Shown: positions 13,295-28,056, numbered from the stretch's first letter. The stretch is 64,000 nucleotides of DNA from Schmidtea polychroa (GCA_044892525.1 CM097885.1:43898001-43962000), one strand, 5' to 3'. Translations and numbers: made by a program. Notes: a model not told the origin generated them from the sequence alone.

Positions 13295-14011
13295 TAATTC
13301 AAAAGTTTGAGCCATAATTTACTGTAATTGAAAAATTTACCACGTTTTTAGTGTAGACCACCTTTTTCTCAGGACCAAGGAGACTCACCTTAATTTAATT
13401 CGAAAAATCCATGCTTTTTTATTGATAGTCGGATTTTTGTATTGAAAATATCCTGAGACCTTAAATTACCACGTTTTTTTAGTGTAGACCACCTATTTCT
13501 CAGGACCAAGGAGACTCACCTTAATTTAATTCGAAAAATCCATGCTTTTTTATTGATAGTCGGATTTTTGTATTGAAAATATCCTGAGACCTTAAATTAC
13601 CATGCTTTTTTAGTGTAGACCAGCTTTTTGTATTGAAAAAATTTTTTTGTATTGAAAATCCCAGGACCAAGGAGACCCACCTGAATTGACCTAGAAAAAT
13701 CCATGCTTTTTTAGTGGTAGTCGGATTTTTGTATTGAAAATCCCAGGACCATCGAGACCCCCGCACTATAGTCTGAAAATTCTATGCTTTTTTAGTGGTA
13801 GTCAGATTTTTGTATTGAAAAAAAATTTTTGTATTGAAAATCCCAGGACCATCGAGACCCCTCACTATAGTGTGATAAAAAAAAATTTGGACCAAAAATC
13901 CCTGAAAGCAAAAAAATGAGTTGGGAACAATTGCGTAATAAAAATTTGGGAACAATGGGGGTGGGGGGGGGGTACCCCCCCATTGTTCCCGCGGGCTACT
14001 ATCTACCTACT
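13295..14011. mobile_element. Polinton terminal repeat region, copy 3
   Basis: Near-identical to ~5890-6603. Ends CTATCTACCTACT and is followed by the same ~94-bp flank (GTGCTCAATAAAAAAACC...) as the end at 5491. Confidence 0.75.
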
Positions 14012-14729
14012 GTGCTCAATAAAAAAACCATGGTAATTTAAGGTCTCGTAATATTAAGTAGGTAAATTAAGGTCTAAATTTTAAAATTAATGTAAATTAA
14101 GAGTATTCGGTATTTTGTGCAAGTCGGTATCACCTTCTGACTAATTTGTGTCCTTTGAAAATAAGTTAAAAACCCAACACGAGATCTTTATTTGAGACTT
14201 ATACAATTACACTTTGGTTATACTTTTTATTGATTTAACCACACTTGATACAACCTTTTTTTGGTCTGCACATTCAATACGTAGGGATTAATCTTCCATT
14301 GGTAGATGTCCCTTTCTGGTACGCTCGATTTTAAAATATTCAGTTATCACTAAGTTCAAAGTTTTCTTGGTTTTACTCTCGCAAAATTGTTCGTTAACTT
14401 TTCTTCGACCAACTGCCAATTCTGTTTACTTGCCGGTCGCTTTTTATACCCATCTCGTAATTTGATTTCACTATGTTAAGTTAGTTCGAATCCAATTTCC
14501 CCCGGGCTTCCTCTTGTCGTTTTGAGGAATTTTCCCATCTTCTTTGACGGCTTGCACCAATTTGATTTTGAGTAGGATAATTTAATTGCCTCTACTAATT
14601 TGATTGACAATTTAGGTTCTCTCACATTGCTTGGGTTTTGCATTGTCTCGGGTTTTCCATTAGCTCGGGTTCTCCATTTGTTAATTAATCTTTAATTAAT
14701 TTTAGTTTTTTGTAATCTTAGTTGCCCCT

Positions 14730-15918
14730 ATAACACACTTCATCGCAACAAATTCAACAAATTCCATGGAAAATTAAGAGAATAGAAAATTATTCAGTTC
14801 AAATCATCATTTGAAAAACAAACAAGCTTGTTCTCCAAGTCAGTGAGGATTCTTTCAAAGCAAGCTATATTCTCGTGCCCTGAAAAGAAGAAAGTAATTG
14901 AGGGAATAAGTCTATCTGCTAATACAGTTTTTGCTCGAATTTCTGAGTTAGCAGATTACACAAAAAATAACTTGTCAATATCGCTAAAACTTTTGAAGCA
15001 TATTTCATTGCTATTGATGAGAGCACAGACACAACTGACACAGCCCAATGTGCAGTCTTCATTAGAGGTGTTGACAAACATTTATTGATTACTGAGGAAT
15101 TGCTAGAATCAATACCTTTGAAGGGCACAACCACAGGAAAAGATATTTTTTAAAAGCTTTAAGAGTGTATTGCTAAATCTGAGATACCTTGGTCAAAATT
15201 GATTAATTTTGCAACAGATGGTGCTCCAGCAATGCTTTCAGTAAAAGTCGGCCTTGTAGGTCTACTTAAAAACAAATTTCAAATTCTCAGTCCTCACTGC
15301 AACAACTTTACCAGTATTCATTGCATTTTGCATGAAGATGCTCTTTTTAAAAAAAATATTAAAAGGAAAAAAGTAATGGAAATTGTGGTAAAAACAGTTA
15401 ATTTTATTAAATCAAGAGGTCTTAACCACCGACAATTTTCTTCTTTCCTTATTACCAATGAAAGCCAACATGGTGAACTTTTATATTACACTGAGGAAAG
15501 GTGTCTCAGTCGTGGAAAGGTTTTAAAAAGAATTTTTGATCTTTTTGATGAGATCGACACATTCATGAAAATAAAAAACAAAGAAGCACCAGAACTCACA
15601 GACTCAAATTTCATCAGCAATCTTGCTTTTCAGACTGATATTACAGATCACTTGAATGATCTGAATACAAAACTGCAAAGAAAATATTTGATCCTAACTC
15701 AAATGTATAATTCCATCAAATCATTCAAAATCAAGCTGAACTTGTGGAATTTTGTGTTACATTTTTATGTTCATAATAATATTTTTTTCCTATAATAAAT
15801 TTCTAATAAATTGCAATTATGATACATTCTCGAGTATTTTTTTTCAGAAAAAATTATATGTTGCGGCCCACCGGCTCATGATACTAGTCTAATGCGGCCA
15901 GTTTGAGTTTGAGACCCT
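14730..15918 (+). pseudogene. SPIN/GTF2IRD2-like hAT transposase fragment with its 3' terminus
   Basis: ISLSANTV, SLAIDESTD-like, TDGAPAM, HCILHE, VNFIKSRGLNHRQF, LLYYTEERCLSRGKVLKR, LAFQTDITDHLNDLNTKLQ. Frameshifted; terminal ...GTTTGAGACCC. Confidence 0.9.
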
Positions 15919-16319
15919 AAATATTGAATTAAAGTAATTTTAGGGCTAAATTTTAAAAATTAAAGTAAATCAATGGCTATATTTGGGAATCAAAGGTCTA
16001 AAATTTTAAATTAAACTAATATTTTTACATTAAAGTAAGAATTTTAAATTTATTATCAAAAAGTTTGAATAATAGTCAGCTTTTGAGAAATGAAAATTTG
16101 TATGAAATATTTATCAATTACAATTTTAGAGTGAAATTTTTATGAAATATTTTTCAAAATCAATTTTAGATGCAAATCTTTGTGAATTAATCAAATTTAA
16201 GGGTTATATCTGGTTGTTAAGTAAATTATGGTGTAAAATGTTAAATTAAGTAATACAATGATAAATAGGTAAATTAAGGATAATTAAGAATAATTAAAGA
16301 ATAATTCTTCAAACTATTA

Positions 16320-17815
16320 AAATTTAAAATTCATACTTTAATTTACTTATTTAAAAATAATTTAATTTTAAAATATTATGTTAATTTGAAATGTTTAACT
16401 TTAATTTAGTTATTTAAAATTCTAGAGTCTAGAGCAGGGGTGAGGAACCTACGGCCTTTAGGCCACATGCGGCCTCCGGAGCCTTATCGAAATAAATCTT
16501 AATTTATATAAAAAACCATGAATTTTGAGGATTTACAAATAAAAATACTTGTAACTACTGAACTGTACCTTAATGTACAAGCATCACACCGAGTACAAAG
16601 AACGAAATATAAAAGTCAATCATTCTTACCCATAAATACAAAACGTATGTAGACGAATAAATAAGATTATTGAGCACTCATTTGTGAATTGATGATTTAT
16701 TTGCATCAATTTTTCTATTCAGATAGAATAAACATTTTCCCGAATATTTCGTACAGCTGCATTTTTTCAAATCTGGAGACTAATTATAAACATTGTTTTA
16801 ATTACTGTATATAAACAAACAATTTAAAATGAAATTAATTAATGTTAAAATACTTTTTGACTGCGGCCCAATTTGGAGGCGACAAATTTCAATATGACCT
16901 ATGGAAATAAAAGGGTTCCCCACCTATGGTCTAGACCAATGATTACTTAATTTTAAACATTAGCCCTTAATTTACCTATTTATCTTAATTAACTTAGCTA
17001 TCATTTACTTTTTTTAAAAACTTTGAGTCCATAATTTACTTTAATTCTATTTATACCCTTAATTTGCATAAATTTTAAAATTTAAACCTTAAATTACCAT
17101 GCTTATTTTATTGAGCACCCATTTTGTATTGAAAATGTCAGGACCAAGGAGACCCACCTTAATAATACTTAGAAAAATTCATGCTTTTTTAGTGTAGACT
17201 GATATTTGTATTGAAAATCCCAGAACCAAAAAGACCCATCCTAATTATACTTTGAAAAATCATTGATTTTTTATCGAGAATTGAATTTTGTATTGAAATT
17301 CTCAGGTTCAATCTAGACTCCATCACTATAGTCAGAAATATCCATGCTTTTTTATCGAGAATGGGATTTTGTATTGAAAATCGCAGGACCAAGTAGACCC
17401 ACCCTAATTATACTTAGAAAAATCCATGCTTTTTTACTGAAATTCTCAGGTTTAATCGAGACACCCTCACTATAGTGAAAAAAATCATTTCTTTTTTTAT
17501 TGTAGACTGATATTTGTATTGAAAATCACAGGTTCAAGGATACCCACCCAGTAATACTTATAAAATCTATGCTTTTTAAACGAGAATTGAATTTTGTTTT
17601 GAAAATCTGAGGATCAATCGAGACGCCCTCACTATAGTCAGAAAAATCATGGCTTTTTTTGTATAGTCAGATTTTGTATTGAAAATCCCAGAAAATATAA
17701 ACGCAGCCACGGCAGCAATTACATAACCGTTTAACAAAAATACAGACGGCAACAAAATATTTTCCTATGGGGGGGGGGGGGCGGATCGTGCTGCCGTGAG
17801 CTACTAACTACCTAC
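16320..17815. mobile_element. Older Polinton TIR copy; an inverted subterminal piece precedes it at ~15920-16310
   Basis: Same ~30-bp array and TATTGAAAAT...GGACCAA repeats; ends CTACTAACTACCTAC. Contains the uninterrupted site TTATTGAGCACCCATTTTG at ~17108-17126. Confidence 0.7.
16435..16928. mobile_element. hAT (Charlie-like) MITE inserted in the Polinton TIR array
   Basis: Termini CAGGGGTGAGGAACC...GGTTCCCCACCTATG; 8-bp TSD GTCTAGAG / GTCTAGAC. Confidence 0.85.
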
Positions 17816-18559
17816 ACACCAAACCTAAATTGATATGAAATTATATGATAGTTAATACTCACATACACAATTTCATCATTTTGCACCGTTTATTAAATTT
17901 ATAAATATATTTCATGAATTAATAAATATACATTTCCTTAGTAAATAAAAATGATAACTGAAACATTTTCAGAGTCCATTAACTTGAACTAAGCAATTAC
18001 TTTTACAAAGATGAGCCCAAATAAAAACAAACTGCAGAAGTCATCCACTCTGTGGGAAGTCATATTTTTTGAATTCATATTTTAGTTTAAATTAATCCTT
18101 TAATTAGAAAGAATGAAATAATATAAAATGTTTTTAATTATTTTAAAATTTATTATCTCAAACATCATTTTAATAACCATCAATATTGCATATTTCATTA
18201 TTTAAAGATTAAAACAAAAATGTATAATTCATATTAATTTATCAATGTTAGCTTTGTTTAAATTTCAACAATTTCCATTAAAAAATATTTTTATCATATA
18301 ATTAAATTTAAAATTTATCATTTACTAACTGTATATGTCAGATATTGCTAAAGAAATCTGCCATTTATATTTGAAAGGAAGTAGAGAATAATTGCTCTGC
18401 TAAAAAATAGGTTGAACTTGTAATTTAATTTTTAACTAGACATTTTTAATTTTTTATTGCTAATTTTTTGCCAGAGATTTCTGAAGAGAATGAAGCAACG
18501 CTTTTTGCTTTAGTTCATTAAATATGATAATAATGAATATAAGTATATACTTTATAATT

Positions 18560-18596
<37 letters not shown>

Positions 18597-18849
18597 TATT
18601 AATAAATAAAAATTTTGAATAAATTGCCTTCAATTTCTTGATCAATAAATTAATATAAAAATAAAATATTTAACATTGAGATAGAAATTATTGCATTTTG
18701 GATAAAAAATATTTTATTGGAAATATGTTTAACAAGGTTACTATATTTTTATTATTTATTTCTGTATGTCGTTTTTGAAATATTGAAGATATTGAAGTTC
18801 AGCTCATACACCTGACACAAGATGACAAAGTAGATCCAAATGTGGTGTT

Positions 18850-19400
18850 AGCAACTCGATTCCTACTCAAAATCCAAAATATATTGTCATATCAAAACGC
18901 CATTGCAAGCTTTCCCATCAGCTAATCGGTTTCATACTCTTCACATAGATATTGCTGGACCTCGCCCCGCAAATAACAGTAAGTCCTATCTACTAACAAT
19001 GATTTATAGACAGATATCATGGTATGAAGTATTAGCCATTAAAAATATAAATTCAGAAAAAATGGCAAAATCACTAATTGAAGTATGGATTTCCCGGAAT
19101 TCCATCTGAAATCTTAAAAGATCGTGGTAGATAATTTACATGTTCTTTATTCCAATCCATTTGCAATATTTTTAGAATAAACGCAAATCGTACATTATCA
19201 AGCCCAATGAAATGGAAAGGTAGAAAGATTCCATCCGACACTAAAATCGCAAGCTTCAATGGATAAAAAAATTAAAAGATGGATTGAGTTTTGCTTCAGG
19301 TAATGCGATAAGAAAACATCCCAGATTCAAATGGTTATTTTCCAGCACAGAAAGCATTTGGATGTGATCTTGCTGTAGCAGGAGTTTTTTTATGAAAAAC
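18850..19400 (+). pseudogene. Ty3/Gypsy integrase remnant
   Basis: RFHTLHIDIAGP..YLLTMI..WYEV..WISR then, frameshifted, GIPSEILKDRGR*FTCSLF. This is the rve core pattern. Confidence 0.85.
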
Positions 19401-19774
19401 CTCCGTTTCTTGAATGTGACTGGTAGTTAATATCATTCACATAACAATATTTCTTCTACAAAAATTGCGCAACATTCTCTTTTTAGACATAAATGGCAAT
19501 TCTGAATGAAATAAAAATCCCTTATTATTATTTTTTATTATTATTTTATTATTATTATTTTTATTAATTATCAAGAGGAGATTTCTTTTTTCGGATTCCC
19601 ATAAGAAGACCAATTAAATTTGACAAAATAATCTTTTCTTGTCATTTTTAATCTCGCTAATTAAAAATTAAATTCTATTTTGTGATGACTGATAAGGTAA
19701 AGAAATTTTTAATTAAATAAATAATTAATTATAGTTTTTGAATTTTACATCGTTTTTGATATGATACAAATTAA

Positions 19775-20936
19775 TATTGATAATTCAAATTAACGATTTT
19801 TAATTTTTACCCTAAAGATGAAAATAAAGAAACAGCTTGAGAATGTAATTCGTGAGAATATAATAAGAAAGTATGAATGTGGGAAAGGTCCTAGAAAAAC
19901 AAGCAAAGAGCTCGAACTGAATGAAAATACCGTAGCGTCGGTCATAAGACTTTATAAAGTCACGGGACGCGTTAGACAATTAGAGACTAGACCAGGACGT
20001 CCTAAAATAATCAACGAAAATGCATGTCAAGTAATTACAAATGAAATTAGACAAGATGTAAGTGTTCCCTTACGTGTTTTAAAACAAAAACTGTCGGAAG
20101 AGTTACAAATATCACCCAGCATTACTACAAAATAAAATATGAATTATTCTCTAAAAAGAGTATCCAGAACCAAGAAATATACATGAAGTCATCAATGTGA
20201 GGGAGAGCTATTGTGTTGATTACATGTTGCAAGATGAAGATAATTTAATATTCATCGAATTTGGTGTAAGCTGTAGTACTGGAATTTCTTACGGAAGAAG
20301 CACAATTGGGACACCCGCAAGGAAACAAATACGTTCAATCAGATTAAAAAATATTTCAGTCTGTGCTGCTGTTATGAAAAGTGGTATTAAACTTTTTAAA
20401 ATAAATGAAACAGCGTTCAATTCGATCAAATTTCTTGATTTTCTAAGGGAACTAGTTAATGAATTGCATTATCATGGTATTCAAACTGGAAGAATTATAA
20501 TGGATAATGCTTCGATCCACAAAAAAGAAGAACAAAGACTATTCTTGCTGTCTAATGGTTTTGAACTAGCATTTTTACCTCCTTATTCTCCTCAGTTAAA
20601 TCCGATTGAAGAGGTGTTTAGTACGTGAAAGCATTATATAGCCCAGCGAAACCCAGACACGGTTGCTAATTTATATTCTTATATCTGAGATTCTTCAACC
20701 TTAATAACTCAAGAAGATTGTCAAGGATTCTACCACCACGTAAGAAGTTTTGCACTAAAGGGAATAAGAAGAGATGAATTTTAAATAAATTAATAAATAT
20801 CAAGAGTTCTTTTGGGTATTTCTTCTTTTCCCTCATTTTTGTCATATCGGTTCATATAATTTTAAATATTTTTACTATATAAATGTTTTTTCAAAATTTC
20901 CTTAATTAATCGTTAATTTGAGTTGAAAACCCTGTA
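19775..20936 (+). mobile_element. Tc1/IS630-like DD34E transposon, decayed (transposase ~19818-20784)
   Basis: N-terminal HTH plus GRPKI; IFI-EFG, IIMDNASIH, FLPPYSPQLNPIEEVFS. A partial inverted repeat (tcaaattaacgatt) lies at ~19785 and ~20907; right end ...AAAACCCTG|TA. Confidence 0.85.
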
Positions 20937-21132
20937 AATTAAAGTTTTTAATATATATTTTATTTTTCAATTTCCACCTGTTTGCATTTCCTCCTAAATA
21001 TGTTGCTTGTACCGCCCTAAATATAAATAATTATTTTTGAAATTAATTTTACCATAAACTTTAACCAAAGAATTATTACTTTTCAACGTAAACATAATAG
21101 AGTGTTTCGAAATAAAAATAATATTAATATAA

Positions 21133-21395
<263 letters not shown>

Positions 21396-22670
21396 TATTA
21401 TAAATCACAGAAAAGAGTCTTTTCTGAAACATTTATTATGATATTTTCAGTTTCTAAAATATATGTTCAAAATATTCTCGCGAAAAGCATTTTTTAACTT
21501 TTTTTTATTTGTTACTTTATTTTTAACTCAAGTCATCCCACATTTCTTTTCTAAAACTTATTAACCTGAAAATGGCAGGGTTTCTATCTAAATATATTTG
21601 TTATAATTTGTTACTATTATTTATAATTTTCTCGTCAAATTGACATTATATATATTTTTTGTTTTTATCTATATAATTGTTAAATAAATCAAAATCTACA
21701 CTAATTGGAAAGATTGAGTTTTATTAATGCAGCTAGAGAATTTCATTAATTTGCTAATTTATTATCGTTATTTTATCATTGTTTGTTCAAAATTAATCAC
21801 ATTTCAATGATATATTTTATTGACTGTGGAGATGACTAAAATTGGCAAAAATAATGGAAAACATATTTTATTATTAATATATATGTATATTTGAATAAAT
21901 AAATTATTTTTAGTTTTATGACAAATGATGTTTAAGTTGTTTTAGTTGGACTTAGTTAATAATAATTATAACAGCAGGTTGATAAAATAAATATTATAAC
22001 TTTATCCGCCATTATCTGACAGTACATAAAATAGTGTAAAATTATTTTCATTAGTAGGCACGGCGCCTCTGCTGATGTAAAAATATTAAGCTAAACATAT
22101 TTTTATATTTTTCATGGAATTTTTATACTGCAAAAAATGTTTCAAAAATTCAGTAACGTAATATATGATATTATATACCTCTCTTCATTTTACTTGTATT
22201 TCATTATTTTCATTATAAATAATATTAACAAAACCAGCATCGATGCTGGTGTAACTGAGGATATTATTATTTGATTTTCACAAAGAAAACAAACATAAAA
22301 TAAAAATTAGAAAATTACTTCATTAAAAAAACTTTTTTTTGTCCGGGACAAAACTTAGCGCAAAAAAAAGGTTTTAATGATTTATTGTCTTTGTTATATT
22401 TCAAAGACATATACACCTATGACTAATGCTTAAATGTTCGCCAACTCATAACGCATTGAATGAGTCATACTTTCCGTCAGCCAATCTAAATGCTCTTTGC
22501 TGAATGCCTTACATTTACCTGATTTGGCGTAATATTCATAGTCATATCTGCATGATTATAAAATAGGATATACTGCAAAAGCAATTGCTTTGAACCTCCA
22601 ATAGACCAACAAAATATAAAACTTTCAAACAATACGTCTTTAAATATAATTGTATACAAATAGACAGTTA

Positions 22671-24279
22671 CCGTATTTATTTTCTTATAACACACACCTT
22701 TAATAATTTTCTGTTTGATATATGAAAATTAAAACCGTACATTCAAATTACGGAAAGCTAGAATGTTTATTCAAAATATTGATCAGGCAGATAAAGGCAG
22801 CTATTTCCAACTAAATCGGAATCTTGAATGCCCTGACCCAGGGGCTCATCAATACCTTCATGTCTGTCAACATAGCCCGGTTTTGAAAATCCAGAAATCA
22901 TTGTAGCATGAGACAGCTGCTCCCAGGCAGAGTCAACCCAATCAATCAAAACATCTCTTTGGGGAACTTTTGCTTTGAATATGCCTTCATTTGCTTCCAT
23001 ATCCGTTCTTAATTTTTCAGATCACATTGTTCTTAAGTGCGATTTAAACGGTTTATTCCAGCTAACATCTGCAGGCTGGCAAACTGATGTAAAACCAGAT
23101 GGAATCTTCATCAATGTAATATGAAGGATATTTGCAGCGGCTAAAACATCGCTTGTCCAGTGTGCTGTAAAGTCATCCAATAATAAAATCTTTGGCTTCT
23201 CCACATTGTCGGAAAAATTATGATAAAACCAGATAACCATCATATCGCTTGTAAACCAGCCATTTTGGTTGCAATATATTTGAGTCGTGCTGGTTTTATT
23301 GATCTCCTGTATTTTTTTCCAGACACAACTACCAAATCCATGTTGATTAATTCTATTCTGCAACGATGATGCCTCCACAACTGATTGTTTACCCTTAAAT
23401 ATTACAAAAGGTGGTTTTTTCTGTCCATTAGAAGATCCCAGCAATAATACTGATATCCTCTCTTTTTCTTTCCCAGCTGTTCGTATGAATATTGTCTTGG
23501 AACCTATTTTATCTAAGGTTTTTCCGGGGATTGTTTCATAATTAACAGCCGTTTGGTCGGCATTCCAAACACAACCTACATTTAATTCAATCATTTTTTG
23601 TCAGACGTCTAATGCAAACTGAGTGGCTACCGGATTTGGAAGGACTATGGATGTTTGTCCTTGATGAGATTTGGCTCTGAGTGACAAGCCATATTTTTTC
23701 TTAAAGGTTTTTAGCCACCCAGTGCTTGCTAAGAAATTATTAACATCGGTTTGTCTGCACAATAGGCGGGCTTTAGTACGAAGTATACTGTCGGTTACGG
23801 GGACACCATTTTGGCGCAGGGTTCGGACCCAGAAAATAAGTTCGTCTTCGACTTCAGATGAAAGACTCGAGGAAGTTCCTAGTGGTCGGATCTTTTTCAA
23901 TTTCTTGACCCTATTCATATTCCCAAGTTTTGTTATTCGGTCTTTATTTTTTCTCCATTAATATATTAACTGTCTTTTGGCTTCACGAGCTGGCGATGAT
24001 GACTTTAGATCAGGCCAAAATTTGGTAACTGTCTGTGACGCACCATTTACATCATAGAAATCCAACACATTCTTTTTAAATTGTATCGTATATGCAGTTC
24101 TTATATGTTTTACTTCTACTGTGTGGAATCCTTTTGTAGAAATGCGTCCAGATGCATTCTTCTTATCCACCATGTTGGGTTTAAAAGTTGAGTGTTTTTA
24201 AAAATTAAAAAAGTATTGAACGATAATATTAAAGCCTGTGTGTTATAAGAAAATGTGTGTTATAAGAAAATAAATACGG
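22671..24279 (-). mobile_element. Complete pogo/Tigger-family DNA transposon
   Basis: 26-bp TIRs CCGTATTTATTTTCTTATAACACACA with TA on both flanks; an extra internal copy of the TIR core lies at ~24237-24253. Confidence 0.93.
22767..24173 (-). pseudogene. pogo transposase (CENP-B-type HTH + DDE_1), single frame with three nonsense codons
   Basis: The four ORF-track pieces are in one frame (stops at 23958, 23601, 23022). Motifs FLASTGWLKTFKKKY, WNADQT, LLLDDFTAH, CQPADVSWNKPFK. Confidence 0.92.
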
Positions 24280-26456
24280 TATTTATAAAATGTTAGTTTC
24301 AAGATTTTTCTGTGAAATTTAAAGATGGATCTAAAAATGGATTTAACTTGTTATATTAATTAAATTCTTTAAAAATGAAATTGGTTCCTTCTCGTTACTA
24401 GAAAAATCGTCAGCATCTTTGGCTCGTACGTCCCTTCAACGGTCACAAAGGTTCCAATGGCAGCAGCGCCCATCAGTAATCTCAATGTACCCACTCCGGT
24501 GCCAAAGAACCCAAAACCATAAAGAAGGAACCTCTCCAATGCAGAGGAATGCCAAAAAGAACTCAAGGAAGGCTGCAGCGTTAGCTCAGATTGATGAGAT
24601 CCTATACCGTCAAATCTCTTCTAGCGGATATCGAATACAATGAATGGTAACGTTTTACAATATTTACATTTCAATTCCAATATGCTTTCAGTTATATTAA
24701 ATTAATGATAAACGGTAATGATAAAGGAAATATTATTGGCTTAAGCATTGTGTAAATGTATTCCTGTGATTCAACAAAAGGTAATCCGTCCTGAGATTCA
24801 AAAGAAGAAGTATCTAATTTAATTTTTTTATTTGTAACATTTATTTCTACGGTTGAGGGTCTTTTAAAAACAGTGTCTTTTTTAAAATTAAACCTATCTA
24901 AATGATTTTTATGGTTATTGTAAAACGTATTATATGTTACGGGGTCACTAGTTTTACTATTGGGGCATACAAAATAAGTTTTATTATAATATTTTTAATA
25001 TAATAATTTTCAATTAACAATAATTCGGGTAAAGTATACCTATAAAATAAAAATTTAATAAAAAATTGACTAAAAAATTATTATAATTTAAATGAAATTT
25101 TTTAATAATTTTCCTAAATATTGTATGCAACCAATCAGAATTTAATATTCGATATAAATGAAAAATTTAATTAACTAAATTTAAAAAAAAATATTTAATA
25201 TAAATAGTATCCTATTAGAAGAAAATAGTACATCTGTTATAGGTATGGTATGTAAACCTCCTGTTCAATACCTTCGATATAATATGTACTATTTAAAATA
25301 TCCTATTCATTCAAGGTATTTTTAATTTAATTATTTAATTTTTGTAGGAACCAGTTAATTTAAAAACATATCAATTCAATATTCAAATTGGAGATATTGG
25401 GGAAGAAGATAGAAAAAATCTTTCAGAAATTCTTAGATTAATTAATAAAGAAATGTATTTTAATGAAAAATTTACATTTATAAACTGTGAAAAAGGTTGT
25501 AAAATCGTTGAAGATAAAAAGTCATAGATAGAAAGTTAGAATACTTATTCAAGGAGTCAAGATAAATGGAGCTATAATTAAACCAATTTGGAAAATTACA
25601 AATGTTGTTGAATAAATTTATGTATTTAAGTGCTCTTTTAATTGTTATTTAAATATTTTAAAGATATCTTTAAAATTGTTATTTTCGCATACAATATTTA
25701 GTAAAATTATTAAATTTAAAATTCAATCTCAATTAAAAAACATTTGCGAGAGATAACCCCTTATCATTAACAAATTCAAATATCATCATCTAAAAATGTG
25801 ATGGATTTCCTCCTATCATTAATATATCATTAAAAAATACAAGAGATTTCCTCTTATCATTACCAAATATCATTTAAAAATGCCTAATATAAATTTATAA
25901 AAAAATATTGATTAAAAATCGAATAAAATTTAAATGAAGAAATTGTTAATAATTTCAAAAATACTTACATTTATCTTCTGTTAATTTATTGATAATGGGC
26001 ATTTTTTTCATTAATTTTTTGACATTATTTTTGGGCCTAATCATAGACATTTTCTTTATTTAAAAAATATTTAAATTGTATAATTTTAAAAAAATCTTAC
26101 AAGCTTTGGTATTGGTAAGTTATGACAAAATGAAAAAACTAATCATTCATATACTATTGATCCTTCTTAATAATTACATAATAATAAAAGGATTAAATTT
26201 GATATTTAATACCTTTACATAATAATTAAAGAATTAACGTTTTTTATTTAATTACTTAATAATTAAAGGATTATGTTTTTATTTAGATGATTGTTGTCAT
26301 TAAAGATAGTTTCATGTGTTATTTTAATCCTTAAAGATAGAGGATTATCATCATTACATAATTCAATTAACAACAAATTATTTACTTTAATATTACAATA
26401 TTCTTTCTTTAACATCATTTTAAATACAAAAAACAATACATTTTCATTATAAAAAT

Positions 26457-26800
26457 TTATTTCATAGACTTTAACCAAGCCAAACAATGTTGTCCACATG
26501 TTTTTGTCATTAGATTTTGGTAGCGTATTAGACTGTATTCAATTGGCATGGACATTGTTTGTAGTTTATTGATTAATAAAGGCGGATAATAGAATCCCAT
26601 TGGATCAAATGCATATATTTTGTCTGGTTTCATGTATATTGCAAGTCAATGTTCACAATTCAGATTAGCAGATTGAGTATTTACAATTATTGCTTTGTAG
26701 ACATCTAAATAAGGTATTTTGTCTAATGGGAAAACACCTAGAAATTCTTTTCCTAGTAATTTTCTTCCAATAATTTGTATCTGAATAGAACTAAGTTAAT
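26457..26800 (-). pseudogene. Adenain-like cysteine protease (Polinton PRO)
   Basis: Manual translation: FLGVFPLDKIP..IIVNTQ..EH*LAIY..AFDPMG..YQ..TCGQHCL. Catalytic H/D/Q/C are present; the Trp after His is now TGA. Confidence 0.88.
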
Positions 26801-26844
26801 AAAAATTAAATTATTTCTTTCTTCATATTTGATTAATTGATTTT

Positions 26845-28056
26845 CTATATTTGGTTCATATTATACCAAAACAGTACGAGTAGATGTAATTTGAATTTCC
26901 TTTTTCTTACAATTACAGAAACAGCTTCAGTAAGTGAAAATGCAAATTTAATATCTAATCGTAAATTTCCACTTTGTGGTAACTGACTTTGATGAAGATC
27001 AAAGTCCGGTACCAATACAAATGTAAAGAATGGATACTTGTTCTTAAAATCAAACATGTTGATACCACAATTCATATTTTTATTTAGATATCCCATATTT
27101 CTAACTTGTACTATAATCGTCTTTCTCAAAATCTTGACTATATTTTTCACGATAATCACTTCCTTTACTTATAGTTATCGACTTGACATTAAAGTGATCA
27201 AATATAGAAAATGATTCTGAAAATGATCCACTAAATCTTTTACTAGATTGAAATGCAACAAGAATAAAATTATGTAATCGTCGATCTCCAAATATTTGTT
27301 CTTTATAAAAAGAGGAAGAACCAATAGGCAATGAGAAATCAACAACTTCTTTGCTTCTTAAAGGATAAATTGCATTTTTTGTAGATAGACCAATTTGATG
27401 TCCTGCCAAAACCGATGGTTCAACACGAACTCTTCTAACCATCAATTTTGCATCCAATAATACAGTTTTCGGTTCAATTTTCGCACAAGTTAAACTAAGT
27501 ATTGGATTTGAACTTGTTAATTTAATTTGAACGTTAACACCTGGTAGTAAATATTTAGGTTGATCAAAGAAATCAAATTGAAGTGGGGAACATAAAGAAA
27601 AGAATTTTGATTTTTCAATCCATGTTTTTCTCGTAAGATCTTTGTTAGTATTACCCCATTCCACCTAAAGATGTTCGTTTAGTATGTCTGTCATAATTTA
27701 TAAGTGTTTCAATTAATGCTATGTGGGCAAATCTATCATTTGATCCTTCAACGTTGATTGAATTAAAAATTAATTCAACATCTTTAAAAAGGGTTTAGAA
27801 GAAGAAATTATTTGGAATTACTTCTGATTCACCTAAATTCTCACCTAAATTATTAACAACTTTCAATTGAATATATAACAAAGTATCATTCAAATCTAAA
27901 TATTCAGTTTGCGATCCATTTATGTAAAATTAAATCGAAGAAGAACCAGCATCTGCAATTGAATTCCTTGGGTATATATCTTCAAATGCTCCATGTTCAA
28001 TTACTGCTTGGGGAGAAGGTTTATCGAAAAGACATAATTCTGATTTAGCGCTAATT
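26845..28056 (-). pseudogene. Polinton major capsid protein (double jelly-roll)
   Basis: N-terminal AKSELCLFDKPSPQ, YLDLNDTLLYIQLKVV, FFDQPKYLLPGVNVQIKL, and C-terminal GNLRLDIKFA. Several stops and frameshifts. Confidence 0.88.

Noticed and set aside
24390..25620. Possible host gene fragments with tiny introns (also ~59170-59560)
   Set aside because: Splice-like signals are visible, but frames are broken and no protein family could be recognised.
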